Below are positions 27,567-37,654 of a stretch of 64,000 nucleotides of DNA, one piece after another. The notes beneath the pieces were generated by a model that saw only the letters and a program-made list of their open reading frames with translations, was not told the DNA's origin and searched no databases. Position numbers and translations under genes: made by a program. Positions within the stretch are counted from its first letter, which is position 1. Each line of letters starts with the position of its first letter. This stretch comes from a virus, in IMG/VR virus record IMGVR_UViG_3300028920_000043, positions 47,211 through 111,210 of that record, one strand, 5' to 3'.

Positions 27567-29876
27567 TTAAGGCTGCGTCAAAGATAATACCTTCAATGCT
27601 TTCTTACCCAAAAGAACGAACTCCTGCTCACCACTGTATCCAATACCCATCGGAGCTAATGCTCCCACTTCAGAGGCCGGAACCTCAACTTTCAAAACCA
27701 TTCCATGAGCATCCTCAGCAAAACTCTTTGCTACACTCCTTGTCTGTGAAAAGCTGGATCCGGGAGATACTGCTAACTTCTTTCCTTCCAGCTTAGAAAG
27801 CGCTTGTACGACACCTCCAGGAGTCTTACCATAGGGAGATTGCTCAATAAGAGTAACCAATTCGTTATTCCCCAATCCCCTATAGAGTGTTATGGACTTC
27901 TTTCCACCCACTTTCAACAATTCTTTTGTGCCAGCTTCAGCGTAGTTTATAATGGAATTCAAGGTTGTCTCTACTTCTTCTTTAGTGAGATTATATTTAC
28001 GCATACTATCCTCAATAAATCTCTCATAGAAACCCTCAAATTTCTGTAGCTGTCCTTTATCCTTATCAATAAATCCAGTCATCTTTGAATGAAATACAGG
28101 CCTCTTTGCTTTTAATGACATTGCTTTTCTCAGCATTAATTGTTGAGGCTCTTGGAAGCGCGTCCAATTAACAATAATCTCATGAGAAAATCCAGACATG
28201 CTTCTTGCTTTGTTAGGATCAATTCCTGCTTTAACGTAATAATCAAATAACTCCTTACTGGTACTCTTTGCTGCTTCTCTATAATCCACAGGTGTCAGGG
28301 CTCTAGAAACAAAACTTTTGCTTACTCCTTGCTTTGCTATGGTATCAGCAATAGTCTGTTCCAAAGTTCTCTTCGGTTTCGGTTTTGCCTTTGGTTTCGG
28401 CTTGGGTTTCGGTTTTGGTTTTGGAACCACGTTTGCTTTAGGAATAACAACAGTGCTTCCTTGTCCCTTCTGGTACCCTGGTGGTATTATATTCTTATCA
28501 GCAAACTGATATGGAACCCAAGTACAACGGCAACGAGTATGTAAAGGTAATTGACCATAAGCTTTATTAATATCATAAATAGTATTTGCTTTTGGTTTGC
28601 AATACTTACAAGTCCGCTCATCCCAATGAATCAGCCACCGGACTTTAGTGACCCCCATTTTCTTATAACGATAAAGCTTCCCTTCATTACTGGCACGTAA
28701 GACTTCTGTACGAGCAACACGTCCCGCCCAGTCCTTGTTGGTTATCGTATATGGTGCGGAGCCATCCTTCGGAACCACGCGCAATGGAGCATTATATACT
28801 TCTTGAATTCTTTTCTTTAATTGTGGTACCGTCTCCCCCAGACGAATACCATCAATTAATTGAACCTTCAACCGTGAGTTTATATCTGCTGCTACTTTAG
28901 TTGATATAGCCGCGGATCTAGCACGAATAAAACGCAGTTCATTAGATGCTGGTGCTTTCCAAACAACCTTCAAACGTCCTTCGGCAATTGCCTTCTTATC
29001 CCCCTTAACAAATGCCTTGGCGGAATTCGCTGTAATGACCTTCTCCATCTCTTTCGGATTGATAGTGGAAATAACTTCAATATCCGAAAGCTTCGCCTTT
29101 TTCAACTCTGCTGGTAGCTTGAAATCCTTATATAAGTATCCGTCATCCTCTCTCCATGTGTAAGATACAAAGAACTCCTTGCCTTTTATAGAATCGATTA
29201 TCTTATCCAAATCATCCTTTAATGATTTTCTGAATAGCCGCTCCAATGTAGCAATCGATTCTCTTTCCCACTTACGAAGTACGCGCTGAATCTGATCGGA
29301 TGTCTTTTCTTCTAAATCTTCAGTTTCTGCAAAGTAAAGATCATAATCCTTGGGCTTCTCTCCTTCCAATACCAATTCGGTATCGTCTTGCTTCTTTATT
29401 GATTTTTTCTTATCACTTATCAACATCAATTTAGCAAGATTCGGAAGATCGGTATACTTTATCTCTTTATCTGCGATCTGAATCCGTGAGGATGATTTCA
29501 ATCCAACGGTATGCAAACCCATAAGTGCTTTTATTGTTTTCCGAAACTCAGCACTTTCCGTGAGAGAAAGCATACTATCATATTCCGGAAAAGAATTCAG
29601 AACCTGAAGAACTCCTGAGTTACTGAGTTTACATTTTATCCACGTCTGTTCTGGATTGAGTTTCCAGTTTCGCATTAATGAAAAAATACTATCGAATTTA
29701 CTGGAGCCCAAAACTATAGAAAAGTTATCAGGATTAATAACAATCAAGTCCGCCGGACCCGTATCGTATTCCCAATCCTCTACAGACTTGGAAAACTCGG
29801 ATGAACGATAGCACAGATCCTGTCCTATCCCTACCGTACCATCGTTCCAAGGATTATTGAGTAAAGTATATTTCAT
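27567..29876 (-). CDS. MuF/SPP1 gp7 minor head protein with a C-terminal R-S-E ADP-ribosyltransferase domain
   Basis: gp7: ARTEVLRASNEG, W....DERTCKYC, HTRCRC. A (PK)n linker follows. ART: TLYRGL, SSFSQTRSVAKSFA, EQEFVL. Confidence 0.88.
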   Translation of the reverse strand: MKYTLLNNPWNDGTVGIGQDLCYRSSEFSKSVEDWEYDTGPADLIVINPDNFSIVLGSSKFDSIFSLMRNWKLNPEQTWIKCKLSNSGVLQVLNSFPEYDSMLSLTESAEFRKTIKALMGLHTVGLKSSSRIQIADKEIKYTDLPNLAKLMLISDKKKSIKKQDDTELVLEGEKPKDYDLYFAETEDLEEKTSDQIQRVLRKWERESIATLERLFRKSLKDDLDKIIDSIKGKEFFVSYTWREDDGYLYKDFKLPAELKKAKLSDIEVISTINPKEMEKVITANSAKAFVKGDKKAIAEGRLKVVWKAPASNELRFIRARSAAISTKVAADINSRLKVQLIDGIRLGETVPQLKKRIQEVYNAPLRVVPKDGSAPYTITNKDWAGRVARTEVLRASNEGKLYRYKKMGVTKVRWLIHWDERTCKYCKPKANTIYDINKAYGQLPLHTRCRCTWVPYQFADKNIIPPGYQKGQGSTVVIPKANVVPKPKPKPKPKPKAKPKPKRTLEQTIADTIAKQGVSKSFVSRALTPVDYREAAKSTSKELFDYYVKAGIDPNKARSMSGFSHEIIVNWTRFQEPQQLMLRKAMSLKAKRPVFHSKMTGFIDKDKGQLQKFEGFYERFIEDSMRKYNLTKEEVETTLNSIINYAEAGTKELLKVGGKKSITLYRGLGNNELVTLIEQSPYGKTPGGVVQALSKLEGKKLAVSPGSSFSQTRSVAKSFAEDAHGMVLKVEVPASEVGALAPMGIGYSGEQEFVLLGKKALKVLSLTQP

Positions 29877-29897
29877 TGATCTTCTTCGAGTAATAGA

Positions 29898-30359
29898 TTA
29901 CTGAGCAGAGTAAATAATTGTTTCCGTAACTGCCTCAGAGCTATTATTGTTTTTTCTCTTAAGTGTCAGATGAGAATATCCTTCCAACTTGACACTCTGA
30001 ATAACTGTGGCACCCCCTGCTTGATTAAAAGTCAATGTTGCCAGGGCTGTAACATTGTCAACAGTGGTACCTCCATCCGAAGAATTCCAGACTTCAATTA
30101 CATAAGTACCATCTGGAGAAGAACCAAAGACTGCTTTTCCTTGAATAACAATTGAGTCTATTCCCAGTTCCGCACAGTCAATTTCTGCCAAGGCTTCAGC
30201 GCCCGCGGCAAGAGCATTTTCTGCTACTGCGGATTGATTGATTCTGTGCTTTCCTTTCGAGTAACGTTTAGAATGTGATTGCGGATTCCAAACATCCTTC
30301 TCAACTACGTCCTGTCCTGCTACCGGCTTATTTTGAAGATCAAGATCGCTCAAGTCCAC
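29898..30359 (-). CDS. hypothetical structural protein
   Basis: GGAG RBS with a GTG start; beta-rich; lies in the structural block. Confidence 0.55.
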   Translation of the reverse strand: MDLSDLDLQNKPVAGQDVVEKDVWNPQSHSKRYSKGKHRINQSAVAENALAAGAEALAEIDCAELGIDSIVIQGKAVFGSSPDGTYVIEVWNSSDGGTTVDNVTALATLTFNQAGGATVIQSVKLEGYSHLTLKRKNNNSSEAVTETIIYSAQ

Positions 30360-30377
30360 AATAATCTCCTTTCCACA

Positions 30378-30662
30378 TTAAATATGTTTATTGATTTCTT
30401 TAGTTGCCTCTTCTCCGCGTCCTTTCCATCCAGGCATTTCAACATATACCTGAAAGCGCCAAGTTCCAGATATATCCAAATCATTTTCTTCAGTGATATA
30501 ATAGACATAAGACGTATTTTCTATAGTACCATCCCATATCACTTCAATACCATTTGGCTTTCTTACGTAGATCTTGGTGACTGTTGCTCCGCATGCCACC
30601 AAATCATGCTCAGTATCCAAAGTAAATTTAGTACCGATGTCGCCAACAAATACTTCACCCAT
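30378..30662 (-). CDS. small Ig-like (BppU N-terminal-like) structural protein
   Basis: GDIGT.F..D...IYVRKPNG...W.G....V.Y....DLDISG.W..Q.YVE pattern. Confidence 0.6.
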   Translation of the reverse strand: MGEVFVGDIGTKFTLDTEHDLVACGATVTKIYVRKPNGIEVIWDGTIENTSYVYYITEENDLDISGTWRFQVYVEMPGWKGRGEEATKEINKHI

Positions 30663-30678
30663 GGTATAATCCTCTCAC

Positions 30679-30855
30679 TTAATTGTCATTGAATATTCTT
30701 GATCTTAACTCAACAAGAGTAGTGATTATAGAATCATCTGAAACTTCTGTAGTAATGACAGATTTCAATGGAACCTCCAGAGTTATTTCGCTTTCCAAGT
30801 CTACTTCAAAAGTTAAACGGCTTTTTAATGACACTATCTCTTTGCATACGGTCAT
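30679..30855 (-). CDS. 58-aa repeat protein (absent from the ORF track)
   Basis: TAATG coupling to the upstream stop; MTVCKEIVSLKSRLTFEVDLESEITLEVPLKSVITTEVSDDSIITTLVELRSRIFNDN. Confidence 0.6.
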   Translation of the reverse strand: MTVCKEIVSLKSRLTFEVDLESEITLEVPLKSVITTEVSDDSIITTLVELRSRIFNDN

Positions 30856-32486
30856 TAGAATATCCTTGATTTCAATACAATCACTTCTCTACATACAACT
30901 CCACCTTCATAATCATAAAGGATATTTCCATCCTTCTGTACTTCTGGTGCTCCTTCATAATCATAAAGGATATTGGCGTCCTTTATTGTTGGCTCTATCG
31001 GTATTAAAATTGTTATCTGCCGATGCTGAGTATGCCCATCGACAGTAAGCCAAATATCGTATACTCCTGACTTATAAAAGATAACTGTGAGTTCATTCTC
31101 ATTTCCCGTCTTGACTGTCTGACCCAACCAATCTTTAACTACCCACGAATAAGTCGAGCCTTCATCATCTGTCTGGAACGTCACTTGTTCCGCGGTAATC
31201 GTGAACTCGTCCCACGTAAACATCAACCGAACTATTTTTTCCAGCTCAGTTGTTTGTGGAGCGAATCCATCGTTCCAATGAACAAGTTGCTTTATGTTGT
31301 AATACTCATGATCTTCACTGAATACATACTGCCATGTATCCGTCTTGCTCAACCCGGATTCAACTACCACATTATCAATCTTATAATCTACTGACGTTAC
31401 TCGATTATTCGGATCAACTATGTCCGGTATAAAAGTAACGAGATCGCCAGCGAACGGATCAACAGGTAACCAATCGAATCCAGGAGTAACTGACCATGTT
31501 TGCTGTGTAACTGTCCTCTCTTTATAATCTGTCTGAAAAGCAAAACCATCCCACCACTTGACTTCAATCCGCACCGTATGTGGTCCTGGTGTTACAAACG
31601 TCCACTTAAACAGTGCTGACCAGCTCGTATTCCAATCTACTTTTACATCACCGTCCACCAACCACCGCACTTCTGAATCCACCGGGTTCTCTGGATCGGT
31701 GTCGGTCGATGTATTAGTAAACGTGACTTCCTGTCCCGGATTCGGATTATAGTCGTCTGCAACAAAATCCGCATCCGCAGGATTCCAATATACTGCTATC
31801 CCCCACTCCTCATAATCATCCGCATTGGACTTGTCAAATGCATATGCTCGGATAGTATAATTTCCACCACCAAGCCAATACGAAGAATACCCAACGAAAT
31901 TAGTCTTCCCCATATATTCTGTATATTCGGCAGGATGTCCTACAAAATCTAAATAGTACCGAACTTTCAGAATATCATTTATGGCATTTATTGTTTGCCC
32001 ATAACGTACCAACCATTGATATATCGTTATTCCATGAGCAACCCAACTATGCACGTCATTTAATGACGCGGCGCCAATGGTTATGTTCTCCTCAAAGAAA
32101 GGAGTAAGGTCAGGATCGACAAAGTTAGCATTCGGCGGGAAGTTAACCTTGATCTGAAAATCTTGAACATAAACATCCGCCGCAGTGAGAACAATCTCAA
32201 TGGCACCCCATTCAGTTAATGAAAGACTATTTCTATCCGAATCTCCTTTCCAAGCAACTATAAGTATCTTGTCACCAGCCGCCGCGCTTCCACTCTGGGT
32301 TAGGAAATCGGCATCACCCAGGTTGAAGGAATAGTAACCGCCGGAAGCGGTCTGGCGGACATTGTTCCACTTGGACGAAGAAGACGTTGGGTTGACCTTG
32401 TAGAAGAAAGCCTGATAATATATCCCGTCTTCGACAACATCCGCATTGTTATATGTAAAGCCAGCAAAGCTGATATTGAGCGCCAC
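30855..32486 (-). CDS. PKD/Ig-like domain structural protein
   Basis: P.A.F....P..GQEVTFTNTS.D..., W.F.TPG.HTV.I and YSW....F.KSGVYDI.LTV motifs. Confidence 0.7.
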   Translation of the reverse strand: MALNISFAGFTYNNADVVEDGIYYQAFFYKVNPTSSSSKWNNVRQTASGGYYSFNLGDADFLTQSGSAAAGDKILIVAWKGDSDRNSLSLTEWGAIEIVLTAADVYVQDFQIKVNFPPNANFVDPDLTPFFEENITIGAASLNDVHSWVAHGITIYQWLVRYGQTINAINDILKVRYYLDFVGHPAEYTEYMGKTNFVGYSSYWLGGGNYTIRAYAFDKSNADDYEEWGIAVYWNPADADFVADDYNPNPGQEVTFTNTSTDTDPENPVDSEVRWLVDGDVKVDWNTSWSALFKWTFVTPGPHTVRIEVKWWDGFAFQTDYKERTVTQQTWSVTPGFDWLPVDPFAGDLVTFIPDIVDPNNRVTSVDYKIDNVVVESGLSKTDTWQYVFSEDHEYYNIKQLVHWNDGFAPQTTELEKIVRLMFTWDEFTITAEQVTFQTDDEGSTYSWVVKDWLGQTVKTGNENELTVIFYKSGVYDIWLTVDGHTQHRQITILIPIEPTIKDANILYDYEGAPEVQKDGNILYDYEGGVVCREVIVLKSRIF

Positions 32487-32490
32487 ACTC

Positions 32491-32838
32491 TTAACCCCAA
32501 GGCAGAATCATTACTGAACCGTATACGTTCTTGATCCAGTAAGCAGTGTATTCATAATAAATCCCGTCGATGTAAATCAATTCAAAATTATTCGGACTGG
32601 CCGGCGGCGTCACACCCGGTATATAAGTCTTGAACGCGCCTTCCCCGCCGAAATACGTGTTGGCAACTTCAACGCAACCCGGGGCATATGTCGCTTCCAA
32701 ATAGTCGATGATGCTTTTTATTCTCTGGCCGGTCACCGGCGTCGAAATAAGCTGCCAGTCAACGTCTATCTCGACCACACCCGCCGGCGCGCCGCCGCTT
32801 TTCGGCATTGCCCCCATTACTGGCGCTATTGTTTGCAT
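32491..32838 (-). CDS. hypothetical protein
   Basis: Tightly packed, co-oriented ORF. Confidence 0.6.
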   Translation of the reverse strand: MQTIAPVMGAMPKSGGAPAGVVEIDVDWQLISTPVTGQRIKSIIDYLEATYAPGCVEVANTYFGGEGAFKTYIPGVTPPASPNNFELIYIDGIYYEYTAYWIKNVYGSVMILPWG

Positions 32839-32847
32839 AATTCACCA

Positions 32848-34815
32848 TTATATTTTCGTGCTCAATCTTCTTACTACCAAGTCAGTTTCAGCATCAACAG
32901 GGACCGTCCCGTCATCTTTGTATAACCATTTTCTGGCAATTACAACTGAAGTGTCCTTCCTATAATAAATCTCACTCCAGTGGTTTGGGTCGGTAGTTTT
33001 ATCCAAAACAATATCAATATCCCGAAGGTCCGTGGTGTATCCAAGATTCTGTGTTGTTATGTCGGTAATATTCAGCTGGGATACATATGGCTCTTTATAC
33101 TGAAGTGGCAGTCTCAATCTTGTAAAATAAATTGGATTTGCACCGCCTACCTCTGATAAGCGGACAGCGATAACCTCTGTACCAAATCCCATAAACACGC
33201 CCTCTGCCGCCCAGTTTGCATCGTTCAATGTCTTCCACGCTCCCCACGTCACACCGCCATCCTCTGAAACTCTGAATTCATATAGGGAAGTACCACTCCC
33301 AGACTCCTCAGCATAAAAACCAGTCAACCCATTTACAAAAGATATTGGTTGAGCCAGCATAATAATAGAACCGTTTGGATCTATTCTTAACCTACCGGGA
33401 CCAAAAGTGGTGATTTCAAATTCAGCATCCGTAAGAATAAAAGAATTGGTATCATCCCTGTTAGCCGGATATTGAAAATCCCATTGGAGTATTCCTTCAT
33501 ATAACAATTCATCCGTAGAATAGAGCATTGGTTCATTCTGGTTGAATTGGTTATCCAAAAAGAACTTTCTATTGGATTCATTTATAAATATTTGGTTAGT
33601 GGTCATTGTAAAAGAATTAACACGCTCAGGACTGGCTCCCAAATAAACATCTTCTGGATCGGTTAGCGTTCCACTCACCCTACAACGGAATCCAGAAAGT
33701 GGATTGAACCACATATAGGTACTCGGTCCCCATTGAAGGACTAGCAACCTCTTGGAATTCCGACATTCAATTTCTAAATCTCCACCAGACTCCCATACCC
33801 CTTGCATGTACGCGGCTACTGATCCATCATCCAAAAGACGGTAATAATGATTTGAATAGCCATAGGCATTAATCACAGTTATCTTTTGGTATATGTCCAT
33901 CCTCAATATAGACCTGTCCAAAGTATGCACTGCTGAATTTAACCCGCAGACACCTTTTAGAGTTGCTCGAGCTTTTGAATCATCGTCTATGAGTTCAATC
34001 TCAACTTCCCCGTAGATATAAACATTGCCTCCAAATAATCCGTTTGATTGAGCACCTGTCCAATCCGATAAATCAACGGTAATTTTTCCAAGTCCCATTA
34101 TTTCCATATTGGTAAACCCTACAGTGTTTGTCGGCAGGGTTGTCGGCTTCTGGAAAGTAATCAGAGTATCAGCGTGAAGGTGCATTGATTCACTATTCTG
34201 CATACAGTACCCGGTCCATTCTTCGACCGTTATTTGATAAAGATGTAAAGCGTAATCCCCTAACTCTGGACGATACTTATTGGTGAGTCTAGTACACATT
34301 GAGCTACCGTTATCTATTCTTGATATGTATAAATTACCAATCTCACCAACACATCTATAAAAATAAATATAGGTCCAATTCACTCCAACGCCGCTGGTTG
34401 TTATTTTTATAGGTTCTGCCCCAACTGCATAATCCCCACTGCCTCCTATTTCCACATAGGTAAACTGACGCATATAAAAAGTGGATCCATCGGTGTGTAG
34501 TATAATCTGCGCCCCATTCCCAGCGCCGTCCTCATCCATTATTAATCTGGCGCCAAGGCTATAGTAAGCACCTCCCTGATTGCCTGTAAAGTTTCCATAT
34601 AAATCTAAAACACCACCGCTACCCATATGTAGTGTAGCATCATTATTAATCGTCATTGTCTTTGCATCGTTGCCGGAAGCTTGACTGATTAATACTTCAT
34701 TCCCAGTGGTCGTTGCAATTACAACATCATCCCCAGAAGTTGGAACGATCCCTCCTGTCCATGTCGTACCTTGATGATATAATCCACCAGCGGCGGTTGA
34801 TATTACTGTCGGCAT
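32848..34815 (-). CDS. putative fibre/spike-like structural protein (paralog A)
   Basis: N-terminal TWTGGIVPTSGDDVVI motif; beta-rich; homologous to 34816..36705. Confidence 0.65.
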   Translation of the reverse strand: MPTVISTAAGGLYHQGTTWTGGIVPTSGDDVVIATTTGNEVLISQASGNDAKTMTINNDATLHMGSGGVLDLYGNFTGNQGGAYYSLGARLIMDEDGAGNGAQIILHTDGSTFYMRQFTYVEIGGSGDYAVGAEPIKITTSGVGVNWTYIYFYRCVGEIGNLYISRIDNGSSMCTRLTNKYRPELGDYALHLYQITVEEWTGYCMQNSESMHLHADTLITFQKPTTLPTNTVGFTNMEIMGLGKITVDLSDWTGAQSNGLFGGNVYIYGEVEIELIDDDSKARATLKGVCGLNSAVHTLDRSILRMDIYQKITVINAYGYSNHYYRLLDDGSVAAYMQGVWESGGDLEIECRNSKRLLVLQWGPSTYMWFNPLSGFRCRVSGTLTDPEDVYLGASPERVNSFTMTTNQIFINESNRKFFLDNQFNQNEPMLYSTDELLYEGILQWDFQYPANRDDTNSFILTDAEFEITTFGPGRLRIDPNGSIIMLAQPISFVNGLTGFYAEESGSGTSLYEFRVSEDGGVTWGAWKTLNDANWAAEGVFMGFGTEVIAVRLSEVGGANPIYFTRLRLPLQYKEPYVSQLNITDITTQNLGYTTDLRDIDIVLDKTTDPNHWSEIYYRKDTSVVIARKWLYKDDGTVPVDAETDLVVRRLSTKI

Positions 34816-36705
34816 TTATTTAACCCTGTCCCAAATTCGTCTCAGAAGGTTATAAAGTGAATCGACACGGAAGCCGGTTCTGGCTGAAACAGCGGCATCA
34901 GCGGCTATGTCGTTCACAAGTTTTCCAAAAGTACCTCCGGCAACATGCTCTAGGTTTGGTTCCTCCCAAATACGATCTGGCTGGTCAACAGTAAGCCCTA
35001 ATGTCTGAGTTCCCATCTGCGTCAATGATAACTGGGACGTATAGAGGTCTCTGTACTCAATTGGCAATCTCAATTCAGAAATAGATGCTGCTGAACCTGC
35101 TGTCTCTTTTACTCGTATATTTATAGACTCATTTCCAAATCCTTGATATCCAGATTCCGCTCCCCAGTTTGCATCATTTAGTGTCTTGAACGGTGACCAG
35201 GTTACTCCCCCGTCTTGTGATATGGAATATTCTAACGTAACTGTTCCGGTCGTACTCGACACTATTCCGGCAATTCCCGCCACAAAAGAAACAGGTTGAA
35301 CAAAAAGCATTGCCGTTCCATATGGATCAATATCAATTCTTAAATTACTGAGGCTCCATTGAGCATTGGTCAGTTCAAAGAAATCAGGATCATCTCGATT
35401 ATACGGATACTTGAATGACCAATAAATCTGCGCTTCTTTTAGACCTTCATCTGTTGCATAAATCACCGGATCATATTGATTGATTGGCTCATTAATGTCT
35501 AGATCAGTTCCAGTTTCATTTACAATAAGAAAATCTGCCTTCATGCTGAAATCATTAACGAAATCTCCACTAGAATCTAACCTAACATCTCCCGTACAGG
35601 TTCCGGTAAGATATAATCTGAATCCGTCTTTCTGTACCCAATGATTCCGCATGAGATTAATATAAGAAGTATCTCCAGCAGGATCGCAAAAGATCTGAAC
35701 TATTCCAGCGCTATACCAATAAATATTCAAGTTTATATAATCGGGTACACCATTCAAAGTATGTCTGAAGATTAAACTGGAATCATCATAAAATGATGAA
35801 TAAATTGCTTTCTGTGTTTCAATATCATAGGTAGCTTGCTCATGGCAACGGAGATCAGCACCCGGATTTGAGTCATAGGTAAAAGAAGGTGTTGCTGGAT
35901 TAATATCAACATCAATATATACTGAACCAAATATACCAAAGGATACAATTAAATAATTGGTGGGCGCGCCGGTATATCCAGTATAATCGAGATGAACTTT
36001 TCCCTCCCCAAAAAGATTTCCAACATATAAACCATGCTGGTCCGATAATGATACCGGATTTCTATAGGTCAGCAAAGTATCAGCGTGGAGATAAGCTTGC
36101 CCGCGCCAAGCACGCCTTTGCCAATACTCCATAGTAATCTGACCCAAGTGCATCGGATAATCAGCCAGGTCATCCTGGTAAAGATTACTTACATATAAAA
36201 CTCCTGAAGCGTGTCTGACGTTATGAATTCTGACATTGTGGATTTCTCCGACAACGTTAATACACCAGACATATTCCAGATACCCTGCTGAACTGTGAAT
36301 CCAGATTGGTTCGTTAGAAACTGTGTATGCTCCGGGTCCAGTCCAATCTACTTCTGAATATACATCCATTTCAAAAGTAGCAGGACTCACTTTGAAATCC
36401 AATTCAAACCCATTACCAAATCCATCCTCTACCATTTCAAACCGACTTCCTGTATTCGTCCAGCTGACCCCGGCGACTCCTAAAAAGTTTCCATACATTT
36501 CAAGCTTACCGGTTGAATCTCCTCTTAAAATAGCGCCTAGATTTATAGTTAAGTTTTTGGCTTGACGAGTGTCCGTAATAACAACTTTATTTCCCCCAGT
36601 CGTTGCTATCACCACATCGTCCGAAGAGAGTGGGACAATACCCCCTATCCAGGTACCCCCAACTCCATAATCACCACCAGAAGATGTTGAAATAATAGTT
36701 CCCAT
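34816..36705 (-). CDS. putative fibre/spike-like structural protein (paralog B)
   Basis: TWIGGIVPLSSDDVVI; shares LHADTL, F.YP.NRDD, QP.SFV.G and S.DGGVTW..KTLNDANW with paralog A. Confidence 0.65.
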   Translation of the reverse strand: MGTIISTSSGGDYGVGGTWIGGIVPLSSDDVVIATTGGNKVVITDTRQAKNLTINLGAILRGDSTGKLEMYGNFLGVAGVSWTNTGSRFEMVEDGFGNGFELDFKVSPATFEMDVYSEVDWTGPGAYTVSNEPIWIHSSAGYLEYVWCINVVGEIHNVRIHNVRHASGVLYVSNLYQDDLADYPMHLGQITMEYWQRRAWRGQAYLHADTLLTYRNPVSLSDQHGLYVGNLFGEGKVHLDYTGYTGAPTNYLIVSFGIFGSVYIDVDINPATPSFTYDSNPGADLRCHEQATYDIETQKAIYSSFYDDSSLIFRHTLNGVPDYINLNIYWYSAGIVQIFCDPAGDTSYINLMRNHWVQKDGFRLYLTGTCTGDVRLDSSGDFVNDFSMKADFLIVNETGTDLDINEPINQYDPVIYATDEGLKEAQIYWSFKYPYNRDDPDFFELTNAQWSLSNLRIDIDPYGTAMLFVQPVSFVAGIAGIVSSTTGTVTLEYSISQDGGVTWSPFKTLNDANWGAESGYQGFGNESINIRVKETAGSAASISELRLPIEYRDLYTSQLSLTQMGTQTLGLTVDQPDRIWEEPNLEHVAGGTFGKLVNDIAADAAVSARTGFRVDSLYNLLRRIWDRVK

Positions 36706-37134
36706 TTATCTTAATCTCTTCCAGATATTTCTTACATAAGTATAAACACTCAAAACGCGAGAGAGTACCAATGGAATATCACTTGCATGAGCTCCCGTCT
36801 GATTTATCACTCCGCCGAATGATCCGCCAATCTGATGATCTACGGTAGGCTCATCCCAAATCTCGTTCGGCATATCTTCTATCTTCAAAGCAGTTTCAGT
36901 AGAGCCGTAAACATAGCGCTCTCCACCCATTAAACTCGCCCCACCATCCGCTGTAAAAACATAAGTAATACTAGCATCCAAAGCAGTGGCATTATAAAAA
37001 TAATGTCCACCATCTATTTCGGTCATGGCAACGGCAGTCAAAACTTGGGTCCCATCTGTTTGCCAAGCGTCAAGCGTAGGAGATAATCCTGTCTTTGGTG
37101 ATCCGTTCTCTGTAAAGAATGCCGTTATGTGCAT
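36706..37134 (-). CDS. putative structural protein
   Basis: FTENGSPKTGLSPT...MTEIDGG.Y.Y pattern; IWDEP..H..GGSFG motif shared with the adjacent gene. Confidence 0.6.
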   Translation of the reverse strand: MHITAFFTENGSPKTGLSPTLDAWQTDGTQVLTAVAMTEIDGGHYFYNATALDASITYVFTADGGASLMGGERYVYGSTETALKIEDMPNEIWDEPTVDHQIGGSFGGVINQTGAHASDIPLVLSRVLSVYTYVRNIWKRLR

Positions 37135-37650
37135 CTAAAATATCCTTGATAGATTCGGATCCGTTAGTATATGTTCTGCCACTGTATTATCTGGAAATTC
37201 TCCTCCGATCTTCAATCCTACTTTATGATAACACACAGAAACAAACTCCGTACAAACATGCTTTGCCGGATCGTCATTCATTGGCGCTTTTCCCAAAGTT
37301 CCAAGAATTATTCTCCATAGATAATTTACTATATGAAAATAATCATAGCCCTTGCCAATGAATGTTTCAGCAAGAGCAATAATCTTCTCGGCTTTCTTTT
37401 TTGAAAGCTTGGAACGCATACAAGCAACACGGCGTCCAAGCCCTGTTACCTTTTTAAGCGAATACTTTTTTATTCCCATTAAATGCGCACCAATACAAAA
37501 TCCATCTCCCACATAAATTTCAGCGTGAGAGAATTTCGATCTGGTCACCAATTGAATAATAACCGACAATGGAATCCACCAAGAACCGGTTAAAAGAATA
37601 TCTCCCGGTTTCAATAAATCTTCCTGTTCCTTAGTTATCATAATCCACAC
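37135..37650 (-). CDS. permuted papain-like NlpC/P60 (YaeF/YiiX-type) amidase
   Basis: LKPGDILL, SHAEIYVG, GKGYD and CTEFV..CY..VG, with His before Cys. Confidence 0.85.
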   Translation of the reverse strand: MWIMITKEQEDLLKPGDILLTGSWWIPLSVIIQLVTRSKFSHAEIYVGDGFCIGAHLMGIKKYSLKKVTGLGRRVACMRSKLSKKKAEKIIALAETFIGKGYDYFHIVNYLWRIILGTLGKAPMNDDPAKHVCTEFVSVCYHKVGLKIGGEFPDNTVAEHILTDPNLSRIF

Positions 37651-37654
37651 TCCT

